Below, one piece after another: positions 24,907 to 32,000 of a DNA stretch of 32,000 bases (within the stretch, counting starts at the first letter, position 1; every line of letters starts with the position of its first letter). Under the pieces are notes generated by a model. That model was not told the origin of the DNA. It did no database searches and saw only the letters and a list, made by a program, of their open reading frames with translations. A program made the position numbers and the translations under genes. Source of the DNA: Bellilinea caldifistulae (GTDB lineage: Bacteria; Chloroflexota; Anaerolineae; Anaerolineales; Anaerolineaceae); contig NZ_LGHJ01000001.1 in assembly GCF_001306055.1 (NCBI RefSeq), forward strand, positions 20,104 to 52,103, written 5' to 3'.

Positions 24907-25578
24907 TCAGCGGCATCGAAAATGCAGCGTCCAGACCGCTTCGCCGTGAATGGTGGGGACAGTGAAAGAATATTTCAGGGTTGCCCGGTCGCGATACTCG
25001 ATCTCGAAGAGGGCTAAATCCTCCGAAATGACCGGCGAGAGCAGCCCGCCGTAACATTCCGATCCGACTGCCGCCAGGTTGCGCGCATCGCGTTTGCCGC
25101 TCAGTGCGATGACGGGCGGCTGGCGGTCGAGCAGTAAATCACCCTTCAAATCGTATTCCAGCAATCCGGTGTAAACCCAGGTGCAATTCCCGGCATGACC
25201 GCCGCCGCCCACCTCGGCCTGGCCGTTTCCTTCCACACGCGGCGGCGTGTAATCGGCTTTCACGGTGAGGGGAATGCGCCCCCTGGCGGTCAATTCCGCA
25301 TAAAGACCCTCGACTTGCTGCACCTGCTGGTAATCAATCTCCAATTCCAGATCCGTACACAAGGGTGTGGGAGAAATTTGCGGAGTCGGAGTGGCAGCCG
25401 AAGCGGCCAGCAGGGTCGGCGTGGGGGTCGGTATGGAGGTCGGCGAAGGGGTCAGAGTGGCAGTTGCCGTCCCGCCGGTGGGGGTGGGCGGAACTCCACC
25501 GCCACCGCAGCCTACCGCGCTCAGCAGTCCAATCAGGACAATCCATAACGGAATGAAAAGGCATCTCCTCTCGTTCAT
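24907..25578 (-). CDS. putative lipoprotein with Pro/Thr-rich linker
   Basis: 223 aa. The lipobox is 'LLSAVGC', followed by 'GGGGVPPTPTGGTATATLTPSPTSIPTPTPT'. Confidence 0.7.
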   Translation of the reverse strand: MNERRCLFIPLWIVLIGLLSAVGCGGGGVPPTPTGGTATATLTPSPTSIPTPTPTLLAASAATPTPQISPTPLCTDLELEIDYQQVQQVEGLYAELTARGRIPLTVKADYTPPRVEGNGQAEVGGGGHAGNCTWVYTGLLEYDLKGDLLLDRQPPVIALSGKRDARNLAAVGSECYGGLLSPVISEDLALFEIEYRDRATLKYSFTVPTIHGEAVWTLHFRCR

Positions 25579-25598
25579 CGCCTTCCTCCCCAGATGGA

Positions 25599-26120
25599 TT
25601 AAGCCGCCACAGACAATCGGCCTGCTTCGTTTTCTTCTTGGATGGGTAATTGCATGATATAAAATCCCACCTCGGGCAAATAACGCACCGTGACGAACCC
25701 CAGACGTTCGTAAAGGGCTTTGGCGCGCTGGTTGGATTGATGGACACCCAATTCAATGGCGTCCATGTGCCCGCGGTATTCCTCAGCCAGGCGGCGGATG
25801 ATGCGCGAGCCGATGCCCCGCCCCTGAAAGGCGCGCGCCACCACAATCCCGTGCAGGTGCAAAGTCCGCTCGCGCTCCTCAATCCAGTAACAGCCGACTT
25901 TGTGTTCGCCCTGATAGACACAAAAGACCCGCCCCACCCCGCGCACGCGCTGGGCGAATTCCGCCCACGACCAGCCCATCACTTCCATGGTGGGAATGAG
26001 GTAATTTTCGGCATCCAAACGCAGCAATTCCAGAAACTCGTCAATCTGCTCGTCTCTGGCCGGTACACAAGTCAGTTCAGCGTCCATCGCCCTCCCCTCC
26101 TTTCCGAAAACGATGGACAA
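25599..26120 (-). CDS. GNAT family N-acetyltransferase
   Basis: 173 aa with the GNAT core 'LHGIVVARAFQGRGIGSRIIRRL'. The start may be the internal 'MDAELT' Met. Confidence 0.8.
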   Translation of the reverse strand: MSIVFGKEGRAMDAELTCVPARDEQIDEFLELLRLDAENYLIPTMEVMGWSWAEFAQRVRGVGRVFCVYQGEHKVGCYWIEERERTLHLHGIVVARAFQGRGIGSRIIRRLAEEYRGHMDAIELGVHQSNQRAKALYERLGFVTVRYLPEVGFYIMQLPIQEENEAGRLSVAA

Positions 26121-26221
26121 CCCCGCCGCTACCCCCGCCGGCAGGGAGGTGATTCAGACAACCACCCCATGCTTATTATATAATTCTGGCAGATGCTTTT
26201 CAATTCGGAATTTTTAGCCCT

Positions 26222-26662
26222 GTGTACCGCTTACGCCGTGCCGAAGCCGATGATGCTGCCGCCATCCGCCGCCTGATTTATGCCGAGCGGCTCAACCCGC
26301 TGGGACTGGACTGGCGGCGTTTCTGGCTGGCAGTGGATGAGGACGGGCGCATGATCGGCTGCGGGCAGGTCAAACCCCACCGCGACGGCTCGCGCGAGCT
26401 GGCCTCGATTGCTGTGGTGGGCGAGTGGCGGCGGCGCGGCGTGGCCAGCGCCATCATCCGTCAACTGCTGGCGGAAAATCCGCCCCCGCTGTACCTGACC
26501 TGCCGCGCCGAATTGACCGGGTTTTATGCGCGCTTTGGTTTTCAAGAGGCGGGCAACCCGGCCGAATTGCCGCCCTATTTCCGGCGGGTTGCCCGCCTCA
26601 GTCGCTGGCTGGGATGCCTGAGCCGCCAGCGAATGGATATCCGAGTACTGCATTTGACCTGA
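26222..26662 (+). CDS. GNAT family N-acetyltransferase
   Basis: 146 aa with a GTG start and the core 'LASIAVVGEWRRRGVASAIIRQLL'. Confidence 0.8.
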   Translation: MYRLRRAEADDAAAIRRLIYAERLNPLGLDWRRFWLAVDEDGRMIGCGQVKPHRDGSRELASIAVVGEWRRRGVASAIIRQLLAENPPPLYLTCRAELTGFYARFGFQEAGNPAELPPYFRRVARLSRWLGCLSRQRMDIRVLHLT

Positions 26663-26694
26663 AGAGCGAAATGGTGAAATACGACTTCGCCTTT

Positions 26695-27537
26695 TCACAC
26701 CGATGCAACTTCCGCACGTTTCCGCCAGAAGATCCAGATCAGCAGCAAGCCCATCAACGCCAAACCAATTCCAAATTCATCAATCAAATAGGGTGATAGT
26801 GAAGATTGACCCGTCAGGGGTGTGAACACCCCCTGGATAAAGATGTTATGACTGGCGTGGAGCAAAACGGCCGGCCAGAGGCTGCCCGATTTCAACCTCA
26901 ACCACGCCATCGTAAAACTGATTCCCAACACCATCAGGGTAAAGCAAACCAGTCCAAACCACACAGGTGTGCCGGGGTTGTGATAATCGGCAAAGAGAAT
27001 AAGAGGAAAATGCCACACAGCCCAAATAATTCCGCTGATGACCGATGCTGAGGTGAAAGAGCCCGCTTTAGCCAATTCAGGAACGAATAGACCACGCCAC
27101 CCAATTTCCTCCCCCAAGGCAGCAAAGGTAGAAAACAGCATTCCGAAAGTTGCCATGTTCAAAACATGACTGACCACAAAATTCAGCGGGCTGATTGTTT
27201 CTCCTGTCTGTTGAGATACCTGCAACGCCAGTTGGTCTATATTCAGAGGCGCAGATCCACTCAACCAGACCGAACCGTATACTACCAGTCCGTAGATAAC
27301 GGGTAAGAAATATGCCAGCAGCAGGTAGCGAAATGGCCTTAATTTCCATCCCAAACCGCGTAATTTCTTTTCAAAGATCAACTGGGTGAGTATGCCGGCA
27401 ATCCCGGGGCACCACATCAAACCGATTGTGTAGTTGCCAACCGAACCAGTGGACACGATTCTGGCATAAAAAAACGAGCTTAAGGCAAAGGTCAGTAACA
27501 GAAAAACGATAATCTTTGGTTTTGTTGTGGTTTTCAT
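26695..27537 (-). CDS. CPBP-family intramembrane glutamic endopeptidase (CAAX protease / Abi-like)
   Basis: Motifs 'LGEEIGWRGLFVPEL', 'WAVWHFP' and 'LHASHN'. The start is set at the Met preceded by AAAGGA. The ORF is open to 27603. It is A+T-richer than the copy at 20050. Confidence 0.85.
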   Translation of the reverse strand: MKTTTKPKIIVFLLLTFALSSFFYARIVSTGSVGNYTIGLMWCPGIAGILTQLIFEKKLRGLGWKLRPFRYLLLAYFLPVIYGLVVYGSVWLSGSAPLNIDQLALQVSQQTGETISPLNFVVSHVLNMATFGMLFSTFAALGEEIGWRGLFVPELAKAGSFTSASVISGIIWAVWHFPLILFADYHNPGTPVWFGLVCFTLMVLGISFTMAWLRLKSGSLWPAVLLHASHNIFIQGVFTPLTGQSSLSPYLIDEFGIGLALMGLLLIWIFWRKRAEVASV

Positions 27538-27828
27538 TGTGAGTATCCTTTTTTCCTGTAGTTGAATTGATGCGTCTTGCGAAGGCGCCCAAACCATATT
27601 CATCTACGTGGAAGAGAATTATCAGGTTTCGAACGGGAAGTAAAACTCTTTGTGAAACTCTCAAAATCTTTACACCGATCTACCCGTACAGCCACACCGC
27701 TGCCGCAATCATCACCCGCCCGATCAGGTGGATGTTTGGATGAGTCATCAATCAAAATGGGCGGTAAGAGGTTTTCTCTAAAAGTTTTTTGCTCTTATTG
27801 AGTATAATCAAAGGGAAGGCATTTAGAT

Positions 27829-29013
27829 ATGTCAGAATATAAATCAATCCACTTTTCATTAAACTTTTTATGTGATAACCAGATCGTGGAGCGGGTTAAT
27901 CAATATCTGGCACAGCAACCCGAACCATTGCCGTATATCGAGCCAAATGCCGATGGCTATGTCTTCTACTTCCATACGCTTGACTTGCAATTACTGAAAA
28001 GACATCTTCAAGCCTTGACGGCTCGTGATCTTTTTTCTGCCGACCCGACCCATGTTTCGGATTCAGAAAAAGTGGCAAAAGTCCTCCAAACCGTTTACGA
28101 CAACGTAAGCAAAATTGGTAGTTATGGCATCAAAGCAGGAAAGCGTCAATACGTTGGCTTTAATACTGAACGGAAGGTAAGGAATAGAAAAACAAAAGAG
28201 GAAAATAGATCTCAGTATTACTATGCCCGCAGTAACAACTTCTCAAAAGAGAATAATTCCTTACCAGAAGAGTTAACCAATACCATCCTTTGTGGTGACA
28301 GCCGGGATGTCTTAAAAACCGTCCCTGATAATTCCATAGACCTGATTTTTACATCACCCCCCTATAACTTTGGATTGGAATATGATCAACAAGACGATGC
28401 CCACAAGTGGGAACAGTATTTTGACAAGTTGTTTGCCATTTTTGACGAATGTATAAGAGTATTGAAGTATGGCGGTCGAATAGCTGTCAACATTCAGCCC
28501 TTGTTTTCTGACTATATTCCCTCTCATCACATGATTAGTAACTTCTTTCTGTCCAGAAAGATGATCTGGAAAGGTGAAATACTCTGGGAAAAAAATAACT
28601 ACAATTGCAAATACACTGCTTGGGGGTCGTGGAAAAGCCCTAGTAATCCCTACCTCAAATACACGTGGGAGTTTATCGAAATTTTTGCCAAAGGGACACT
28701 GAAAAAAGCAGGGAAACCTGAACATGTAGATATCTCTGCGGAAGAGTTCAAAGAATGGGTGGTGGCAAAATGGAACATTGCCCCCGAACGGAAAATGAAA
28801 GAATTTGGACATCCTGCCATGTTTCCAGAAAAGTTAGCAGAGCGGGTTATCAAATTATTTTCTTTTGTGGGGGATGTGGTGTTAGATCCCTTTAACGGGG
28901 TTGGTACGACAACTGCTGTAGCCAAAAAACTGGGACGGAAGTTTATCGGAATCGATATTTCCCAAGAATACTGCGAGATAGCAAAAAAGAGGATTAACCT
29001 TGATCTATTTTAG
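27829..29013 (+). CDS. beta-class DNA methyltransferase (SPPY motif IV) with a ~150-aa N-terminal extension
   Basis: 394 aa. Motif IV is 'IFTSPPYNF' and motif I is 'VLDPFNGVGTT'. 'FIGIDISQEYCEIAKKRI' is present. A TATAAT lies at 27803..27808 upstream. The gene is A+T-rich. Confidence 0.88.
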   Translation: MSEYKSIHFSLNFLCDNQIVERVNQYLAQQPEPLPYIEPNADGYVFYFHTLDLQLLKRHLQALTARDLFSADPTHVSDSEKVAKVLQTVYDNVSKIGSYGIKAGKRQYVGFNTERKVRNRKTKEENRSQYYYARSNNFSKENNSLPEELTNTILCGDSRDVLKTVPDNSIDLIFTSPPYNFGLEYDQQDDAHKWEQYFDKLFAIFDECIRVLKYGGRIAVNIQPLFSDYIPSHHMISNFFLSRKMIWKGEILWEKNNYNCKYTAWGSWKSPSNPYLKYTWEFIEIFAKGTLKKAGKPEHVDISAEEFKEWVVAKWNIAPERKMKEFGHPAMFPEKLAERVIKLFSFVGDVVLDPFNGVGTTTAVAKKLGRKFIGIDISQEYCEIAKKRINLDLF

Positions 29014-29022
29014 GAGGATGGA

Positions 29023-29733
29023 ATGCCAAAAAGTATAGCTGAAATTAGAAATGCTTATAACCTTTTAGTAGGCGGTATTGATGAGAGAGCACATACAGAA
29101 AACGATGAAGGTAACAGATCTTATGGTGGAATTATAAGATCAGCAAAAGGAATTCTTGTAGAAAGTATTGCTAAAAATTTAGTTGAAATTGCATGGGATG
29201 AATTAGAAGGAAATCCTAATAGATTAAGTTTTTTCAAAGAAACGATACGAATCCCCTTGAAAATCGAATATTTGAAGCGAGTGCGACCTGTTGAAGTGGC
29301 AGACTATATTAAGGCACATATTGAACAATATTTTTATGGTCTTAGGACAGATGTCCACGTGAATGTGGACGGTAGATTTATCATGGGTATCGAATGTAAG
29401 GCTTACACCGAAAATGCTATGCTAAAAAGAATTCTGGTGGATTTCTCTTTGCTTAAGCAAGTTGTACCAAACTTGAGATGCGTATTGTTCCAATTAGAAA
29501 GCCAGCTAACCGGTGATTACTGTGAGCCATTGAAACCCGTGATTTATGGCAGCCCTTCGACCCATACGCTTCTTTCTTATTTCGATGTGGACTTGAATAT
29601 CATCACCTTGCTGGAAGGCGAAAGAAAGGTTGACGAGCCAATTCATAAGCAGCCTTTTTTCAAAGAGATGACCGAGCCAGCATTAAGAAAAGCTGTTAAC
29701 ACGTTGAAAGACCTTCTCCGTGAGTTTGCATAA
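29023..29733 (+). CDS. putative type II restriction endonuclease (PD-ExK-like 'D...GIECK')
   Basis: 236-aa A+T-rich ORF. A perfect AGGAGG lies 5 nt upstream of the ATG and 9 nt after the MTase stop. The candidate catalytic signature is 'TDVHVNVDGRFIMGIECKAY'. Confidence 0.6.
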   Translation: MPKSIAEIRNAYNLLVGGIDERAHTENDEGNRSYGGIIRSAKGILVESIAKNLVEIAWDELEGNPNRLSFFKETIRIPLKIEYLKRVRPVEVADYIKAHIEQYFYGLRTDVHVNVDGRFIMGIECKAYTENAMLKRILVDFSLLKQVVPNLRCVLFQLESQLTGDYCEPLKPVIYGSPSTHTLLSYFDVDLNIITLLEGERKVDEPIHKQPFFKEMTEPALRKAVNTLKDLLREFA

Positions 29734-29833
29734 AATGATGAGAACAACCCATAAGATGAACATTGCGATGACAACTACCAGAAACCTACTTGTCTTGAAT
29801 GAAAATAGCGATTTCAGGTTGAACTTCTGACTA

Positions 29834-29852
29834 GCTTTGAACAAGTCAAAGC
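29834..29852 (+). terminator. hairpin GCTTTGA-acaag-TCAAAGC followed by a T-rich stretch
   Basis: Perfect 7-bp stem about 100 nt downstream of the endonuclease stop. The following sequence is 'agcatttgttt'. Confidence 0.35.
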
Positions 29853-29857
29853 AGCAT

Positions 29858-29886
29858 TTGTTTATCCTGCTTTTACAGTTTATAAT
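29858..29886 (+). promoter_or_regulatory. sigma70-type promoter TTGTTT-17-TATAAT
   Basis: Hexamers at 29858..29863 and 29881..29886, 34 nt upstream of ATG 29920. Confidence 0.5.
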
Positions 29887-29919
29887 CTCTGCTGGCTACT
29901 TGCCACGGAGAATCTCACC

Positions 29920-31872
29920 ATGCGCCTGATGAAACCCCTGCTGCTCATTCTGCTCGCCACGCTGCTGGCTGCCTGCAGCGGCGGGCCGGTGAATACACCG
30001 GCCGTCACCCCAACCGCACCCCTGCCAACCGATACGCCCCTGCCCACCCTAACGCCCGTGCCCCCGCGCGAGCTGACCATCTGCATCGGCCAGGAACCCC
30101 AATCGCTGTACCTGTACGGCGGCAGCAGCTCGCGGGCCATGTGGAATATTCTGGAAGCGATTTACGACGGGCCGTTCGATTACCGGGCTTACCAGCCCCA
30201 GCCGGTCATTCTGGAAAGCCTGCCTTCGCCGGAGAACGGCGGAGCAGTCTACGAGACCGTTTCGGTTGAACGCGGGCAGGATGTGCTGGACGCCGCTGGC
30301 GAACCGGCCGTGCTGGATACCGGCGTACGCGTGCTGCCGGCCGGCTGTCATTCGGCGGATTGCGCTGTCCGCTGGGATGGAGTTTCTCCGCTGCAAATGG
30401 AACGCCTGACCCTCACCTTCCGCCTGAAAGCCGGTCTGCTCTGGCAGGACGGCGTGCCGCTCACTGCCGCCGATTCGGTGTTTGCCTTCCAAATTGCCTC
30501 CGATCCGCAAACCCCGGCCGTGCGCTGGCTGACTCTGCGCACGGCGGCTTACCGCGCCGTGGATGAGCTGACTGTTGAGTGGCGGGGCATTCCCGGTTAT
30601 CTGCCAGCCGACTACGCCCTGCACTTCTTTCTGCCGCTGCCCCAACACGCGTGGGGCAATTTCTCCGCCGCCGAATTGCTGCAAAACGAGGAAGTCAATC
30701 GCCACCCATTGGGCTGGGGGCCTTACCAGATTGAGACCTGGACACCCGGCGAGAGCATCCGCCTGAGCCGCAACCCCCATTACTTCCGCGCTGCCGAAGG
30801 ACTGCCGCGCTTCGACCGGCTCACTTTCCGCTTCTTCGGCGAACCGGCCGATAACAACATTGCCGCCCTGACCAGCGGCGACTGTGACTTTGTGGATGAC
30901 ACCGTGGACTGGGAGGGTCAGCTGTATATCCTGAATGAGTTGCAGCAAAAGCAGGCCGCCGTCATTCAGGCTGTACCGACCACCACCTGGGAGCAACTGA
31001 CCTTTGGCATCCGCCCGGCGGCTTACGACGGCGGTTACACCCCCTTTGGCGGCTACCGGCAGGATCTCCTTGGGGATAAACGCACCCGTCAGGCAATTGC
31101 CGCCTGCATTGACCGGCAAGGGCTGGTGGATCGGCTGCTGTACGGTTACTCCGCCGTGCCGAACGGCTTTTTCCCGCCCAATCACCCCCTGGCTTTCGAT
31201 GACCTGAGCGCTCCCCCCTTCGACCCCGACCTGGGCAAACGTCTGTTGGATGAGGCCGGCTGGCGCGATCTGGACAATGACCCGGCCACCCCCCGCACCG
31301 CGGTTGGCGTGCTGAATGTCCTCAACGATACTCCCCTGACGTTCGAATACCGCACCACTCCCGACCACCTGCATCAAATGACCGCCGAGATGATCGCCGA
31401 AAATTTGCGCAATTGCGGGGTGGGTGTCAGCCTCAAACTGGTTGAACCATTTGAACTCTACGCCCCCGGCCCGGAAGGGGCATTGTTCGGGCGCAATTTC
31501 GACCTGGCTCAGTTTGCCTGGCAGTCCGGACGCACCACACCGCCCTGCAATCTGTTTACCACGGCGCAAATTCCTGCCGCCAACAACGGCTGGATTGGCA
31601 CCAACATCAGCGGTTGGAGCAGTCCGGTTTACGATGCCCAATGCGCGGCTGCCCTGCGCGCCGATCCGCGCGACCCGTCCGCCTACCAGCAGGCTCAGCG
31701 AGCCGTTCAGCAGACCTTTTTGGAGGAACTGCCGGCCGTCCCGCTCTACTTCCGCCTGCAAATTGCCCTCGCCAGCCCGCAGGTGTGCGGCATTCAGATG
31801 GACGCCGGCGCGCGCAGTCCGCTATGGAACATTGAAACCTGGGATAAAGACGAGGGCTGCCCCGCTAATTGA
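29920..31872 (+). CDS. ABC transporter substrate-binding lipoprotein, family 5 (peptide/nickel type)
   Basis: 650 aa. The lipobox is 'LLAACSGG', followed by a Pro/Thr linker. Its length and overall pattern are typical of family-5 solute-binding proteins. Confidence 0.8.
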   Translation: MRLMKPLLLILLATLLAACSGGPVNTPAVTPTAPLPTDTPLPTLTPVPPRELTICIGQEPQSLYLYGGSSSRAMWNILEAIYDGPFDYRAYQPQPVILESLPSPENGGAVYETVSVERGQDVLDAAGEPAVLDTGVRVLPAGCHSADCAVRWDGVSPLQMERLTLTFRLKAGLLWQDGVPLTAADSVFAFQIASDPQTPAVRWLTLRTAAYRAVDELTVEWRGIPGYLPADYALHFFLPLPQHAWGNFSAAELLQNEEVNRHPLGWGPYQIETWTPGESIRLSRNPHYFRAAEGLPRFDRLTFRFFGEPADNNIAALTSGDCDFVDDTVDWEGQLYILNELQQKQAAVIQAVPTTTWEQLTFGIRPAAYDGGYTPFGGYRQDLLGDKRTRQAIAACIDRQGLVDRLLYGYSAVPNGFFPPNHPLAFDDLSAPPFDPDLGKRLLDEAGWRDLDNDPATPRTAVGVLNVLNDTPLTFEYRTTPDHLHQMTAEMIAENLRNCGVGVSLKLVEPFELYAPGPEGALFGRNFDLAQFAWQSGRTTPPCNLFTTAQIPAANNGWIGTNISGWSSPVYDAQCAAALRADPRDPSAYQQAQRAVQQTFLEELPAVPLYFRLQIALASPQVCGIQMDAGARSPLWNIETWDKDEGCPAN

Positions 31873-32000
31873 CGAGAGAGTTGAAAAATCAAGCGTAATA
31901 CGCCGAGCAGGCTGTTTGAGGGGTGGAAAAGCCGCACCCGATGGGGTATCCACCCTAAAATAAAGGGGCTGTGTATCTTGATTTGACCTCTTCACCTCCA

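Noticed and set aside
25599-26662. Divergent GNAT pair as a GNAT-toxin/antitoxin module
   Set aside because: No small RHH- or HTH-type antitoxin gene is adjacent to either GNAT. Both look like ordinary stand-alone acetyltransferases.
30049-31761. 570-aa ORF antisense to the substrate-binding protein gene
   Set aside because: Its translation is low-complexity and rich in Gly/Arg/Ala with no motifs. Long stop-free antisense frames are expected in G+C-rich coding DNA, and the plus-strand product has clear lipoprotein and SBP features.
31921-31955. GGGTGGA ... TCCACCC hairpin downstream of the SBP gene as a terminator
   Set aside because: The 7-bp stem has a 21-nt loop and is followed by an A-rich rather than T-rich tract. 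It is too weak to call and lies at the window edge.
1-32000. Search for tRNA/rRNA genes, CRISPR arrays, integrases, transposases and IS inverted repeats
   Set aside because: Reading the intergenic regions and the ORF translations revealed none. The A+T-rich blocks are therefore not labelled as mobile elements, only as probable horizontally acquired DNA.

Overview
This window is a moderately G+C-rich bacterial chromosome segment. The taxon cannot be assigned from sequence alone. Several visibly A+T-richer blocks are embedded in it; composition was judged by eye, not computed.

Layout:
- (i) 218-4593, minus strand: a tightly packed housekeeping operon of the methylmalonyl-CoA mutase B12-binding subunit, meaB, a short-type aspS, a GNAT and prs.
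- (ii) 4698-10939: a LuxR-type regulator. Its promoter and 5' end (about 144 bp) recur as a direct repeat 5.3 kb away. The repeats bracket an A+T-richer island. The island carries a tandemly duplicated two-gene cassette (a signal-anchored 284-aa protein plus a secreted Tyr/Trp-rich 150-aa protein, each unit with its own promoter block), a 70-aa LuxR/GerE HTH protein, a CHAP-domain peptidase with a disrupted 5' end, and a lipoprotein.
- (iii) 11088-15047: an operon of membrane protein, winged-helix regulator and ABC-2 exporter with a clear promoter/operator, followed by a CaCA antiporter.
- (iv) 15081-16490: radA.
- (v) 16512-29733: a region that looks like a defence island. It holds two separate A+T-rich type II restriction-modification (R-M) pairs, both with SPPY beta-class methyltransferases. 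Between them sit two CPBP/Abi-type intramembrane proteases and a compact three-gene operon of NurA nuclease, a 203-aa protein resembling a HAS-barrel (the HerA/ATP-synthase N-terminal barrel), and a HerA ATPase. The region also contains housekeeping-looking genes: a SAM-MTase-like protein, an M28 peptidase, a lipoprotein and two GNATs.
- (vi) 29920-31872: a family-5 ABC substrate-binding lipoprotein.

No tRNA, rRNA, CRISPR array, integrase or transposase was seen.

The best candidates for an undescribed system are the NurA / barrel-only / HerA operon between the two R-M systems, and the duplicated, mosaic extracytoplasmic two-protein cassette under LuxR-type control.
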